A DNA stretch of 64,000 nt from a phage. Every line of letters starts with the position of its first letter. Position 1 is the first letter of the stretch. A program made the position numbers and the translations under genes. The stretch lies in the NCBI GenBank assembly GCA_027468165.1, contig GCA_027468165.1_3951.1; one strand, written 5' to 3'. A model generated the notes under the pieces. The model had not been told where the DNA came from, searched no databases, and worked only from the letters and a program-made list of their open reading frames with translations. Positions 55,385-63,597 of this stretch are shown piece by piece.

Positions 55385-56494
55385 ATGACTACTAAAACTA
55401 AAGCACAGATTGACGCAGAAATTTACAAACTGGTTAAAGAAGGCAAGCTGACTAAAACAGCTATTGCACAGAAGTTCAATACTTCAACCCGTTCAGTTGG
55501 TCGTGCTGTAGAGCGTCATGAAGCAACCTTAAAAGGTAAGAAAAAGGCAACTTCTAAGCCAGCTAAGAAGACCCTAAAGCAAGTTGCTAAGTCAGTTAAA
55601 AAGAAAGCTGGCAAACCAGTTGAAAAGGTTGTTAAAGAGGCTGTACAAAAGGCTCCGGTAAACAAACTGCACGAAGCTATGCAGAAAGATGACAAGATTG
55701 AGTACATGATTACTGGTGACTCTGTAATTATGACTTACGGTTCAGAATCTGAAATTGTTGAGTCTACTCATCCGAACTATCAAGAGATTGTAGTTCATGT
55801 TGTGAAAGGTGAGTTCAAGAAAGCCTTTGAACTGATGAACATTCGTAAGTCTATCGAAAACTTCACTCAGGGTGCTATCACAATCAAAGGTGATAAGCTA
55901 TTCTACGGGGCTGTTGAGATGCGTTCTACTCTGGTTGACCGTATCCTTCACATGATGAAGACTGGCGATAAAGGTTTTGAACGACTTGTAATGTTCTTCG
56001 AAAAACTGATGGAAAACCCATCTAAAGATTCTGTAGAACAACTTTGGGGATTTGTATCCCACCTTGATGTTGAAATTGATGAAGAAGGTTACATCATTGG
56101 TTGGAAGAGAGTCTCTACTCGTGAAGGCAAGTTGGTTGACTCTCACACACACAAAGTGCCTAATGATTTGGGTAACATTGTAGAGATGCCACGTTGGATG
56201 GTTGATAACAACCGTAACGTAACTTGTTCTCAAGGTCTTCATGTTGGTGCTTGGGATTATGTTCGTTACTTCTCAGGTGATACCATCCTGAAGGTTCGTG
56301 TCCATCCACGAGATGTTGTATCTGTTCCAACTGATTACAACGATATGAAGATGCGTTCATCCCGTTATGAAGTTGCAGCAATCGTTGATAATCAGCGTAA
56401 AGTACTGAAAGCGTGGGATGGTAAGACTGAGGCTTTGCATGTCATCGTTGGCACTGCTGGTGAACTCATCTCCCAACGTAAACGTGAAATCTAA
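55385..56494 (+). CDS. rIIB: rIIB-like protein (putative)
   Basis: 369 aa ORF downstream of the rIIA-like gene; N-terminal HTH-like segment and Lys-rich linker; call from synteny only. Confidence 0.3.
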   Translation: MTTKTKAQIDAEIYKLVKEGKLTKTAIAQKFNTSTRSVGRAVERHEATLKGKKKATSKPAKKTLKQVAKSVKKKAGKPVEKVVKEAVQKAPVNKLHEAMQKDDKIEYMITGDSVIMTYGSESEIVESTHPNYQEIVVHVVKGEFKKAFELMNIRKSIENFTQGAITIKGDKLFYGAVEMRSTLVDRILHMMKTGDKGFERLVMFFEKLMENPSKDSVEQLWGFVSHLDVEIDEEGYIIGWKRVSTREGKLVDSHTHKVPNDLGNIVEMPRWMVDNNRNVTCSQGLHVGAWDYVRYFSGDTILKVRVHPRDVVSVPTDYNDMKMRSSRYEVAAIVDNQRKVLKAWDGKTEALHVIVGTAGELISQRKREI

Positions 56495-56510
56495 TAAGTA
56501 ATTTCTTAAA

Positions 56511-56532
56511 AGGCTGCTTCGGCGGCCTTTTT
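56511..56532 (+). terminator. Rho-independent terminator
   Basis: GGCTGC-TTCG-GCGGCC hairpin followed by TTTTTT. Confidence 0.55.
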
Positions 56533-56534
56533 TA

Positions 56535-56562
56535 TTTGTATTTTGTGCAGAGTGCTGTATAA
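56535..56562 (+). promoter_or_regulatory. Sigma70-like promoter
   Basis: TTGTAT, 16 nt spacer, TATAAT; about 30 nt upstream of the transglycosylase gene. Confidence 0.45.
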
Positions 56563-56594
56563 TTGAGGTCACGATAAACTAAACAGGAGAACCA

Positions 56595-57146
56595 ATGAAG
56601 AAGTTGATTCTAGGTTTGTGCTTAATGTTTACAGCACACTTATCTTATGCAGTTGACTGCCCAGAGCTATCAATTAGTCAAAAAGTAAACATGTTAAAAG
56701 CTTACCAGTATGGTGAGAATAATATGGGTAAAGGATGGGGCATCACTCTAGCTGCTATAGCCTTACAAGAGTCAGAGTTAGGTCTGAATATGGAGAATAA
56801 AAAGACCCATGACTATGGTATCTTCCAGAATCACTTGAAGACTGTTGTAAAGCGTAACAAAATCAGCCCTAATGTGGCTAAAAAGAAACTCTTAAAAGAT
56901 TTTAACTATGCTGCAAAGGAAACACACAAAGAGCTTGAGTTTTGGACGAAGGTACATGGTCAACCAAAATCAAAGAAGACTTTACAAAAAGTTTTAGCGT
57001 CATATAATGCTGGGTATTCGTACAAAATCCCTAAAGCTAAGAAATATTCTCAGGATGTCTATAACAATATGAAAGTCATCGCTCAATGTGAATTTGCAAC
57101 AAACATTTCTAAGGTAAATCATGAAAAAATTAAGAAAGTTGGATGA
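56595..57146 (+). CDS. Secreted lytic transglycosylase-like protein (SLT domain; candidate endolysin)
   Basis: Signal peptide MKKLILGLCLMFTAHLSYA; SLT-like ES...DYGIFQ and SYNAG motifs. Confidence 0.5.
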   Translation: MKKLILGLCLMFTAHLSYAVDCPELSISQKVNMLKAYQYGENNMGKGWGITLAAIALQESELGLNMENKKTHDYGIFQNHLKTVVKRNKISPNVAKKKLLKDFNYAAKETHKELEFWTKVHGQPKSKKTLQKVLASYNAGYSYKIPKAKKYSQDVYNNMKVIAQCEFATNISKVNHEKIKKVG

Positions 57147-57816
57147 AGTACTGTGCCATGCTTACGACTTGCATCCTCATGAGTTAGGTCTTGATTCCTG
57201 TGTATGGACTCCAGAACAGTGCAGAGATTTTGAAGATACTGCAAGAGAAGTTGTATGCTCACTTGAAGAGTTCCACACATCAGAACCAATTGTGAACGTT
57301 GTGGACAAAGAGACTGGACAATCTATAGGTGTAAGACGTGACAGTTTAGTCATAGTCAATAAAGACCTTGTAGAAAAAGGTAACCTCATCTTAGCAGATA
57401 TTGATGGTGTTCTTACAAATTTTAATCACGAAGATTGCTCAACGGAATTGACTGATGGGTCATTCTCACAGTACACTAATCTTCTTGACTCTGTAAGAGC
57501 AAAACCAACGTATGTTTTTAGTATTATTGATGCAATTGCTAATCATGCTGCCATTGGACTCTTGACAGCAAGAGGTGAGTCTCAGAGAATACCTACTGAG
57601 ATGTTTTTAAGGCATAACATAGAGCATGACTACATGCTTCTTATGCGTGGTTTTGGAACTAACTCTATAAGTGCAGAAAGTTTAAAAGTTAGGATGATTC
57701 AGTCTTGCATTCTTCCTTACTTTAATATAGTATGCTTTATAGAAGATACAGAGAAGAATGTTCAGAAGGTAAACAGAATCCTTCCACACATTAAAACCAT
57801 GTTAGTTAAACATTGA
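57121..57816 (+). CDS. HAD-superfamily hydrolase-like protein (putative phosphatase/nucleotidase)
   Basis: HAD motif I-like LADIDGVLTNF. Confidence 0.4.
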   Translation: MKKLRKLDEVLCHAYDLHPHELGLDSCVWTPEQCRDFEDTAREVVCSLEEFHTSEPIVNVVDKETGQSIGVRRDSLVIVNKDLVEKGNLILADIDGVLTNFNHEDCSTELTDGSFSQYTNLLDSVRAKPTYVFSIIDAIANHAAIGLLTARGESQRIPTEMFLRHNIEHDYMLLMRGFGTNSISAESLKVRMIQSCILPYFNIVCFIEDTEKNVQKVNRILPHIKTMLVKH

Positions 57817-57826
57817 GAGAAAACTT

Positions 57827-58291
57827 ATGAACAATATCATTACGGTAGCACTGGACGATACGACAAACAAATCTGTATTAGTTCGTAAATTGATTCAAGG
57901 TAACTTTGAAGGTAAAATTTTTCGTGCTGTTAATGTAAAAGCTGATGGCAGCATTCGTGAATATCGTGCATTGTTGAATGTTAAAAAGCACGTAAAAGGT
58001 GCTGGTTCAACGACTGCACACAAAGAAAACCTGATGACTATCTATGATATGGGTAAGGCTTCAGAGTTAGGTGCTGAAGGTATCGTTAAAGAAGGTGCTC
58101 CGTATCGCTCTTTCAATCTGGAAACTACTCTTATGCTTTCCTTTACAAGTGGTTCTAAAACAATCACTTACCTCTTTACTGATGCTGCAACGGTATCTGC
58201 TATTAAGGATGGCACTGTCAAAGCTGGCGTAGTTGCTGCTGCAAAAGCTTCTTCGATGGCTGCGAATATCCTTGCTAAAGTCCTCAGTTAA
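57827..58291 (+). CDS. Hypothetical protein
   Basis: 154 aa ORF followed by a strong terminator. Confidence 0.4.
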   Translation: MNNIITVALDDTTNKSVLVRKLIQGNFEGKIFRAVNVKADGSIREYRALLNVKKHVKGAGSTTAHKENLMTIYDMGKASELGAEGIVKEGAPYRSFNLETTLMLSFTSGSKTITYLFTDAATVSAIKDGTVKAGVVAAAKASSMAANILAKVLS

Positions 58292-58303
58292 GGTTAAGAT
58301 ACA

Positions 58304-58325
58304 GGCTCCTTCGGGAGCCTTTTTC
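58304..58325 (+). terminator. Rho-independent terminator
   Basis: AGGCTCC-TTCG-GGAGCCT hairpin followed by TTTTT. Confidence 0.6.
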
Positions 58326-58343
58326 ATTTCAGGAGATTGTTAA

Positions 58344-58691
58344 ATGACATTTAAAGAGTTCTGCCAAGCTACTTTCATAATTGTTTTCTTAGTTGGGGCG
58401 GGTGTCTGGGGAGGATACTCTTACCGAGACTATCAAGTTGCTGAAGCTGAGCTAAACAATGAGAAGCTAATAAGTGTTGCTAAAGATGCTTATCAGGAAG
58501 GTTTAGCCACACTCAGCACTAATTACAAAAATGATTTGAAAGACGTGCTTGCTAAGAATAAGCATACAAAAGAGGTACTAACATATGAAAAAACTAAGCC
58601 AGAGTTTTATAATGTTTGTGTTACTGATAATTATGTCAGGGTGTTCAACGAACAAAGTGAACAGTACATTCAAAAACTCCCAAGTAAGTGA
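58344..58691 (+). CDS. i-spanin (Rz-like, putative)
   Basis: N-terminal transmembrane helix FIIVFLVGAGVWGG then a charged periplasmic domain; an o-spanin-like ORF starts inside it in another frame. Confidence 0.45.
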   Translation: MTFKEFCQATFIIVFLVGAGVWGGYSYRDYQVAEAELNNEKLISVAKDAYQEGLATLSTNYKNDLKDVLAKNKHTKEVLTYEKTKPEFYNVCVTDNYVRVFNEQSEQYIQKLPSK

Positions 58692-58854
58692 GAGTGACAA
58701 GTACACCCAAGAAGAATCAAGATTCACTGTCAAAGGCAACACTGGTAGTGATGTGGCAGCAGCCCTTGAGTTTTATCGTGATGGTTTTTACCAGTGCACA
58801 ATCAAAGCTAATAATCTTATTGACATGATTTTATTAGAGAACAAACAGCAATGA
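58585..58854 (+). CDS. o-spanin (Rz1-like lipoprotein, putative)
   Basis: Signal peptide with lipobox-like IMSGC; begins within the i-spanin gene and extends past it. Confidence 0.45.
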   Translation: MKKLSQSFIMFVLLIIMSGCSTNKVNSTFKNSQVSESDKYTQEESRFTVKGNTGSDVAAALEFYRDGFYQCTIKANNLIDMILLENKQQ

Positions 58855-59120
58855 CAGAGAACGAAGACACTTTCTATGTAGAAGGGTACTTACTGCTACC
58901 ACGACCAAAAGAAACTTATATGCGGGTTGATTTTTCACCAACCATTATGGATAACGTGATGTGTCATATCTTTATGCAAGGTGTCACAGCACAACTTAAG
59001 CATGTTGGTAAAGAGTGCAAAATAAAGGTTGACACTCATCCAGAAATCAAAGAGAATCACTACACATGGTTCTTACCAGACTCTAAAGAAATCTTAGCAG
59101 TTCTTAAAACGAGGAAATGA
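58851..59120 (+). CDS. Hypothetical protein
   Basis: 89 aa coupled ORF. Confidence 0.3.
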   Translation: MTENEDTFYVEGYLLLPRPKETYMRVDFSPTIMDNVMCHIFMQGVTAQLKHVGKECKIKVDTHPEIKENHYTWFLPDSKEILAVLKTRK

Positions 59121-59431
59121 TTATGCAATTCCAGCCAACAAATCGTGGATTTTCTTATGCAGAATTTAAAGATGCTAAAGGAGAGATTTGTACTTTACAA
59201 GAAAGTTCATCATATGAACCATGTATCTGGTTAGGTGCTAAAGAGGTCTCTGTTCAGTACCTAGATGGTGGCTGGAAAACACTTGATATCCCAGCATTAG
59301 TAGGCAAAGATTTTGTAGGTAACCAAAGAATGAAACTCAACCAAGAACAGGTGAAAGAGTTGTTACCGTACCTTCAGTACTTTGCTGAAAATGGTGAATT
59401 ACCAACAGAGGAACTTACAAATGCAGATTAA
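59117..59431 (+). CDS. Hypothetical protein
   Basis: 104 aa coupled ORF. Confidence 0.3.
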   Translation: MIMQFQPTNRGFSYAEFKDAKGEICTLQESSSYEPCIWLGAKEVSVQYLDGGWKTLDIPALVGKDFVGNQRMKLNQEQVKELLPYLQYFAENGELPTEELTNAD

Positions 59432-59744
59432 TGGAAGAGACTTTGTAGCTGTTTACTACGAGAAAGATAAAGAAGTTGGCGTAGCACAAGTATCTTATGG
59501 TAATGGTAAGTGGTTGTATGGAACAATCGCAGTAGTCGGAACAAGGAGTGATACAAAAACTTTTAAAGATTGTGTTGACCTTCTTGAAGAATCCATCCAC
59601 AATCATTGGTGTCTGATATGGATGACTGACAACGAAGTGATAGCACGCTTCAAAAAGATTGGTATCAACATTGATAGCATTGAGCATGTTGATTTGTATG
59701 AGCTAACTGAGAAGGTAAACTATGAAAGCTCTAGAGGTAGTTGA
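59421..59744 (+). CDS. Hypothetical protein
   Basis: ATG after GAGGA RBS. Confidence 0.3.
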   Translation: MQINGRDFVAVYYEKDKEVGVAQVSYGNGKWLYGTIAVVGTRSDTKTFKDCVDLLEESIHNHWCLIWMTDNEVIARFKKIGINIDSIEHVDLYELTEKVNYESSRGS

Positions 59745-59949
59745 CAAAGACACTGGAGAAGTCATATCTGCATGTGTTTTCATAAGCGATGACACAGTGA
59801 TACCATTTTACAACCTTGATGGTTTTAGTTTTACAGGGATAACTCCAGAAGAATACTTTGAAGACCTTACCTTTGCCAGAATCTCTATAGATACATTCTA
59901 TAAATGTTTCTATGATGAAGGTAAAGAGTTACGAGAAACTGAACTATAA
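59722..59949 (+). CDS. Hypothetical protein
   Basis: 75 aa ORF. Confidence 0.3.
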   Translation: MKALEVVDKDTGEVISACVFISDDTVIPFYNLDGFSFTGITPEEYFEDLTFARISIDTFYKCFYDEGKELRETEL

Positions 59950-59960
59950 GGCTTATATTT

Positions 59961-60161
59961 ATGGCTGACTTCTGCAAAGATTGTGCTATCGAAATGTTCG
60001 GACGTGATACAGGAGACTTAAAAGGTCTTATCACTGAAGATGACTTTAAAGCTGGCTATGCAATGCCAGTAATCTGTGAAGGTTGTGGGTGTATCTGGGT
60101 AGACCACGAAGGACAACGTGTAAAACCTTCAGAAGATAAAGAATCTTGGGAGAGATGTTAA
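59961..60161 (+). CDS. Small zinc-ribbon protein (hypothetical)
   Basis: CKDC ... CEGCGC cysteine pairs. Confidence 0.3.
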   Translation: MADFCKDCAIEMFGRDTGDLKGLITEDDFKAGYAMPVICEGCGCIWVDHEGQRVKPSEDKESWERC

Positions 60162-60947
60162 ATGGGTATTGTAAAAATAATCAATGGGGATATCTTCTCT
60201 GCATTTGATAAAGGTAAGTTTGATATCATTGGTCACGGTTGCAACTGTATGAACTTAATGGGTGCAGGTATCGCTGACAAGATTTCTAAACTTTACCCAA
60301 AAGCATATGAGACTGATACAGAAGTTTATCTGTATGCAGGTGGTATAGGCCACAAACCCTGTGAAAATTTACTAGGTAATTTCTCTGTAGCACGTTTAGA
60401 ACAAGGCCGTATAGCTAACCTTTACACTCAGCTTAAGACTGGTAAAGATGCCCGATACAGTGCTTTAGAGTCATCTTTGAAACAGCTTAACAGATACTGT
60501 GAAGTCAATCAGTTGAAGAAAGTTGGTTTACCTATGGTTGGTGCAGGTATCGGTGGACTAGACCCTCAAGCCGTCACAGTTATCATTAATCAGGTGATGA
60601 AGAGCGTAGATGTTTACCTGTATGTCTACGAGGCAGAGATGTACCACGAGTTACACTCAGGTTGGAATAACTACTGTGAACCAGAATACTTTGCAGGTGT
60701 AGTAGTGTTCACTGATGATGCAGTTACCCTCTTCAGACGAAGAAAAGGTAAGATACATCAAAGTAACCCTCCGGTTGAGAAGATGTCTCTAAGTAACGCT
60801 CTAGTTACCCACCTGTCGAAGAGCAATCACAGAATTGCAGTAACATTTGGCAGTGATGCAGATACATATATCTATGCAAGAACTGATGAGGATGTTAAGG
60901 AAATTTTCTCTTCACAGGAAGTTACCTTCTTAGACGCAAAGAACTAA
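60162..60947 (+). CDS. Macro-domain-like protein (possible ADP-ribose binding/processing)
   Basis: DIIGHGCNCMNLMGAGIADKI resembles the macro-domain glycine-rich motif (cf. VNAAN..L.GGGGV); weak, from memory. Confidence 0.3.
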   Translation: MGIVKIINGDIFSAFDKGKFDIIGHGCNCMNLMGAGIADKISKLYPKAYETDTEVYLYAGGIGHKPCENLLGNFSVARLEQGRIANLYTQLKTGKDARYSALESSLKQLNRYCEVNQLKKVGLPMVGAGIGGLDPQAVTVIINQVMKSVDVYLYVYEAEMYHELHSGWNNYCEPEYFAGVVVFTDDAVTLFRRRKGKIHQSNPPVEKMSLSNALVTHLSKSNHRIAVTFGSDADTYIYARTDEDVKEIFSSQEVTFLDAKN

Positions 60948-61017
60948 GAAACTCTGTAGAATATTCACAATAGACTAAGCCTTTCTTATCTGGTAAATTT
61001 TTCAGGTAAGGAGGGCT

Positions 61018-61200
61018 TTTTCATTTCAGGATTGTGCAGGTAGATTTCTGGACAGAAATCTGTAGAGAGAATTTTGAACTCCAAAGAGAAAATTCATTTT
61101 CAAACTGTGCAGGTAATCTCCAAAGAGCTTTTTCATTTTCAAAACGTGCAGATAAAAATCAGGTCGGGCAAGAAAAATCATTTTAGAATTGTGCAGGTAG
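61018..61200 (+). repeat. Four imperfect direct repeats, core TTCATTTTCAAA-N-TGTGCAGGTA, in a noncoding region
   Basis: Copies near 61018, 61092, 61130 and 61177; also CTCCAAAGAG twice; the 70 aa track ORF here translates the repeats. Confidence 0.6.
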
Positions 61201-61375
61201 GTGAGTGTAGGTGGGAATGTCGCCATTTCTCACAAGGCTACCACATCCGAAAAGAAAAGTCAACAGAAAAATTTGTAGCGGATTGAAAAATAATTCTTGA
61301 TTTGTGTTCTGTTTTGTGGTAGTCGCGTGCGCCCGTTTCATTACATTTTTGCCAAAAATATTTTTAAAATTTTTA

Positions 61376-61404
61376 TTGACTCCTCGAACTGGTTTTTATA
61401 GTAT
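61376..61404 (+). promoter_or_regulatory. Sigma70-like promoter with an AT-rich UP-like element
   Basis: TTGACT, 17 nt spacer, TAGTAT (or TATAGT at 15); preceded by AAAAATATTTTTAAAATTTTTA. Confidence 0.4.
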
Positions 61405-61410
61405 TTGCAT

Positions 61411-61469
61411 CAACGGGGAGGTAATGAACTTCCCCACTAAGTAAAACCCTTAAACTAGGAGATTCAAAA
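61411..61469 (+). repeat. Cassette element X1: hairpin GGGGAGG..CTTCCCC plus conserved leader AAACCCTTAAACTAGGAGATTCAAAAATG
   Basis: Near-identical copy at 63179-63237. Confidence 0.6.
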
Positions 61470-61850
61470 ATGGCATATCGTGCACCTAAATTCATCAATA
61501 AAGACAACTTCCGCAACGCACTGGAAAAATCACTTGATGGGAATTTTACAGGTCAGATTATTGTTGTTCATGCATTCAATTTTAAGTATGATATTAACGG
61601 GAACAGAATCAACCATTACACGGCAACCATGTTAGATGGTACGCTATCAAGTGAAAAAGCTGTACTGAATGCACTTGCTGGACGTGGTAAAAACCTGATA
61701 AAATGCAATAAGAGACGTTATCAGGGCGGCGCATATGGTTATGATGATGCTGTTTATCATCTTGAAAATATGGGCTATTCAGTGGAAAAAGCTGGAGTGT
61801 CTCAAATAATCGGCAGTGACGGCTATGTGACAATATTCAAAATTAACTAA
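61470..61850 (+). CDS. Cassette small protein A (hypothetical)
   Basis: 126 aa ORF starting right at the conserved AGGAGATTCAAAAATG leader. Confidence 0.45.
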   Translation: MAYRAPKFINKDNFRNALEKSLDGNFTGQIIVVHAFNFKYDINGNRINHYTATMLDGTLSSEKAVLNALAGRGKNLIKCNKRRYQGGAYGYDDAVYHLENMGYSVEKAGVSQIIGSDGYVTIFKIN

Positions 61851-61853
61851 TAA

Positions 61854-61938
61854 AGTACTTTACAAGGGGTTTATAGTTCGATAAAGTAAGCCCCAGATAA
61901 AGAGCTTTACCACTCAATCCTAAATTGGAGATTCTAAA
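61854..61938 (+). repeat. Cassette element Y1: GTACTTTACA + hairpin GGGGTTTA..TAAGCCCC + AGATAAAGAGCTTTACC + leader
   Basis: Related copies at 62200-62286 and 63511-63597; leader variant CTAAATTGGAGATTCTAAAATG. Confidence 0.6.
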
Positions 61939-62196
61939 ATGGCTATTATCAAAAACGTTGTAATTACTGCAAAAACTCGCGATGACGCTCGCATCATGGC
62001 GAAAAAGTTAGGCGGGAAAGTTGTTGACAACGGAAAACAATCTGCTGTAAGGTGGGGCGTGAAGGCTGATAAACAACTAACCTTAAAACGCAGTTCAAAC
62101 AATCTTTTTAAAGGTGTAAAATCACTCGGTAAAGTGAACGTGTTTACCAAAAAAGGCTATAAAATGCGCTTGTCATTAACTGGCAATTTAATCTGA
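61939..62196 (+). CDS. Cassette small protein B (hypothetical, Lys-rich)
   Basis: 85 aa ORF after element Y1. Confidence 0.4.
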   Translation: MAIIKNVVITAKTRDDARIMAKKLGGKVVDNGKQSAVRWGVKADKQLTLKRSSNNLFKGVKSLGKVNVFTKKGYKMRLSLTGNLI

Positions 62197-62199
62197 TAA

Positions 62200-62286
62200 A
62201 GTACTTTACAGGGGGCTTAAAAGCTGATATCTTAAGCCCCAGATAAAGAGCTTTACTATATTAACCTTAAACTAGGAGATTCAAAA
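62200..62286 (+). repeat. Cassette element Y2 (stem variant GGGGCTTAA..TTAAGCCCC)
   Basis: Same flanks as Y1/Y3 with paired changes in the stem that keep base pairing. Confidence 0.6.
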
Positions 62287-62799
62287 ATGAAAACTGTAGA
62301 CGCTACCTTTGAAGTTGTAAAAGAAAAATTTTCCATCATTTACGAAGCTGTTAACTGCTACGAAGCAAGCCATAGCCTTGATAATTGGGAATTTACAGAT
62401 AATCACCAAGGTGGTGTGACTATTAAAAACCCCAACTATCGTTATAATGCTTTTAAATATGCAATCCCTTTACATTACAGCCTTAAACAGCTTTCAAGCG
62501 ACTATGCAAAACAAGGCCGGGAAAATCCATCAAAAGCGGCCTATATCAGCTTGCAGAGAGAACTAGAAAGGGATTTAGAAGCTTCAGCATATAATATTGC
62601 CGCAAAAGTTGTCGATGCAAACGGGAAAACGGTTTTAGATAGTTTTTCTATTGGTTACGCTTTCGATTGGTGCTATAGCGACGGCGTCGATTTAGCGGAT
62701 AGACTAAAAGAGGAGGTGAGCAGTTCAGGCGCAGAATCTGAAGTTATGGAACAATTAGAAGCCTTAAAAGATTCAGTGATGAATATCTTTAAAAATTAA
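62287..62799 (+). CDS. Cassette protein C (hypothetical)
   Basis: 170 aa ORF after element Y2. Confidence 0.45.
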   Translation: MKTVDATFEVVKEKFSIIYEAVNCYEASHSLDNWEFTDNHQGGVTIKNPNYRYNAFKYAIPLHYSLKQLSSDYAKQGRENPSKAAYISLQRELERDLEASAYNIAAKVVDANGKTVLDSFSIGYAFDWCYSDGVDLADRLKEEVSSSGAESEVMEQLEALKDSVMNIFKN

Positions 62800-62815
62800 A
62801 TTAAGAGGGAACACC

Positions 62816-63148
62816 ATGTTAATGATGGGTATCACTGCAATCATCGCCATTATAGCACTTTACAAGGCTTATAGCGCATATAATTTGGCAAGTAAGGCAA
62901 TCACACAACAGGTTAGTAATAACCTTGTAATGAGCTTTCTGGAGCGTTTAAGTGATGAGCAATTGAAACGGCTAGAAATGAGCTTTAGATTCAAAGCGAA
63001 AACCTATCAGATAAGTGATATCTTAAAAGAGGATTTTCAGCTTGTCGATGATTATAACGCCCTGATAAATGCTTTAAATATCAGTGACTTAAAAGATTAT
63101 TACGCTGTAATTGTCCAAGAATTGAACAAACGAAAAAATTTCTCTTGA
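62816..63148 (+). CDS. Cassette protein D (hypothetical; N-terminal hydrophobic helix)
   Basis: 110 aa ORF with its own GAGGGA RBS; N-terminus MLMMGITAIIAIIALY. Confidence 0.4.
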   Translation: MLMMGITAIIAIIALYKAYSAYNLASKAITQQVSNNLVMSFLERLSDEQLKRLEMSFRFKAKTYQISDILKEDFQLVDDYNALINALNISDLKDYYAVIVQELNKRKNFS

Positions 63149-63178
63149 ATTTGGTTTTAAAAGCAAGTAAATTACTAA

Positions 63179-63237
63179 TCAACGGTGAGGGAATGAACTT
63201 CCCCACTAAATAAAACCCTTAAACTAGGAGATTCAAA
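63179..63237 (+). repeat. Cassette element X2
   Basis: CAACGGTGAGGGAATGAACTTCCCCACTAAATAAAACCCTTAAACTAGGAGATTCAAAATG, near-identical to X1. Confidence 0.6.
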
Positions 63238-63510
63238 ATGTATACTACTAACAACGGTCGCACCTTAAACGTAACCCTGCGCCACTATGTAAACGGCGTG
63301 ATGAACTTTGAAGATTTACAAGCGGAGCAACACATTCTGGATTGGCAACTTGCAGGATTCCAAAAAACTGCTACCGGATACGGGAAAAAGATTCCAACTA
63401 GTTGGAAAGTATACTACGAAGGGCGTTTGCGCAGAATTTATCAGGATGTATACAGCAATAGCGCATCAACTTACATCATGGTAAAAGGTAAAAAATTGCA
63501 TTTAGTGTAA
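63238..63510 (+). CDS. Cassette small protein E (hypothetical)
   Basis: 90 aa ORF after element X2. Confidence 0.4.
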   Translation: MYTTNNGRTLNVTLRHYVNGVMNFEDLQAEQHILDWQLAGFQKTATGYGKKIPTSWKVYYEGRLRRIYQDVYSNSASTYIMVKGKKLHLV

Positions 63511-63597
63511 AGTACTTTACAAGGGGCTTATAGTTCGATAAAGTAAGCCCCAGATAAAGAGCTTTACCGCATTAACCTTAAACTAGGAGATTCAAAA
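63511..63597 (+). repeat. Cassette element Y3
   Basis: AGTACTTTACAAGGGGCTTATAGTTCGATAAAGTAAGCCCCAGATAAAGAGCTTTACC...AACCTTAAACTAGGAGATTCAAAAATG. Confidence 0.6.

Noticed and set aside
61018-61200. Possible CRISPR array
   Set aside because: Only four imperfect repeats with irregular spacing and no cas genes; not a CRISPR array.
61074-61286. 70 aa plus-strand ORF and an overlapping 66 aa minus-strand ORF in the repeat region
   Set aside because: The translation simply mirrors the DNA direct repeats (HFQTVQV / HFQNVQI / HFRIVQV); better explained as noncoding repeats.
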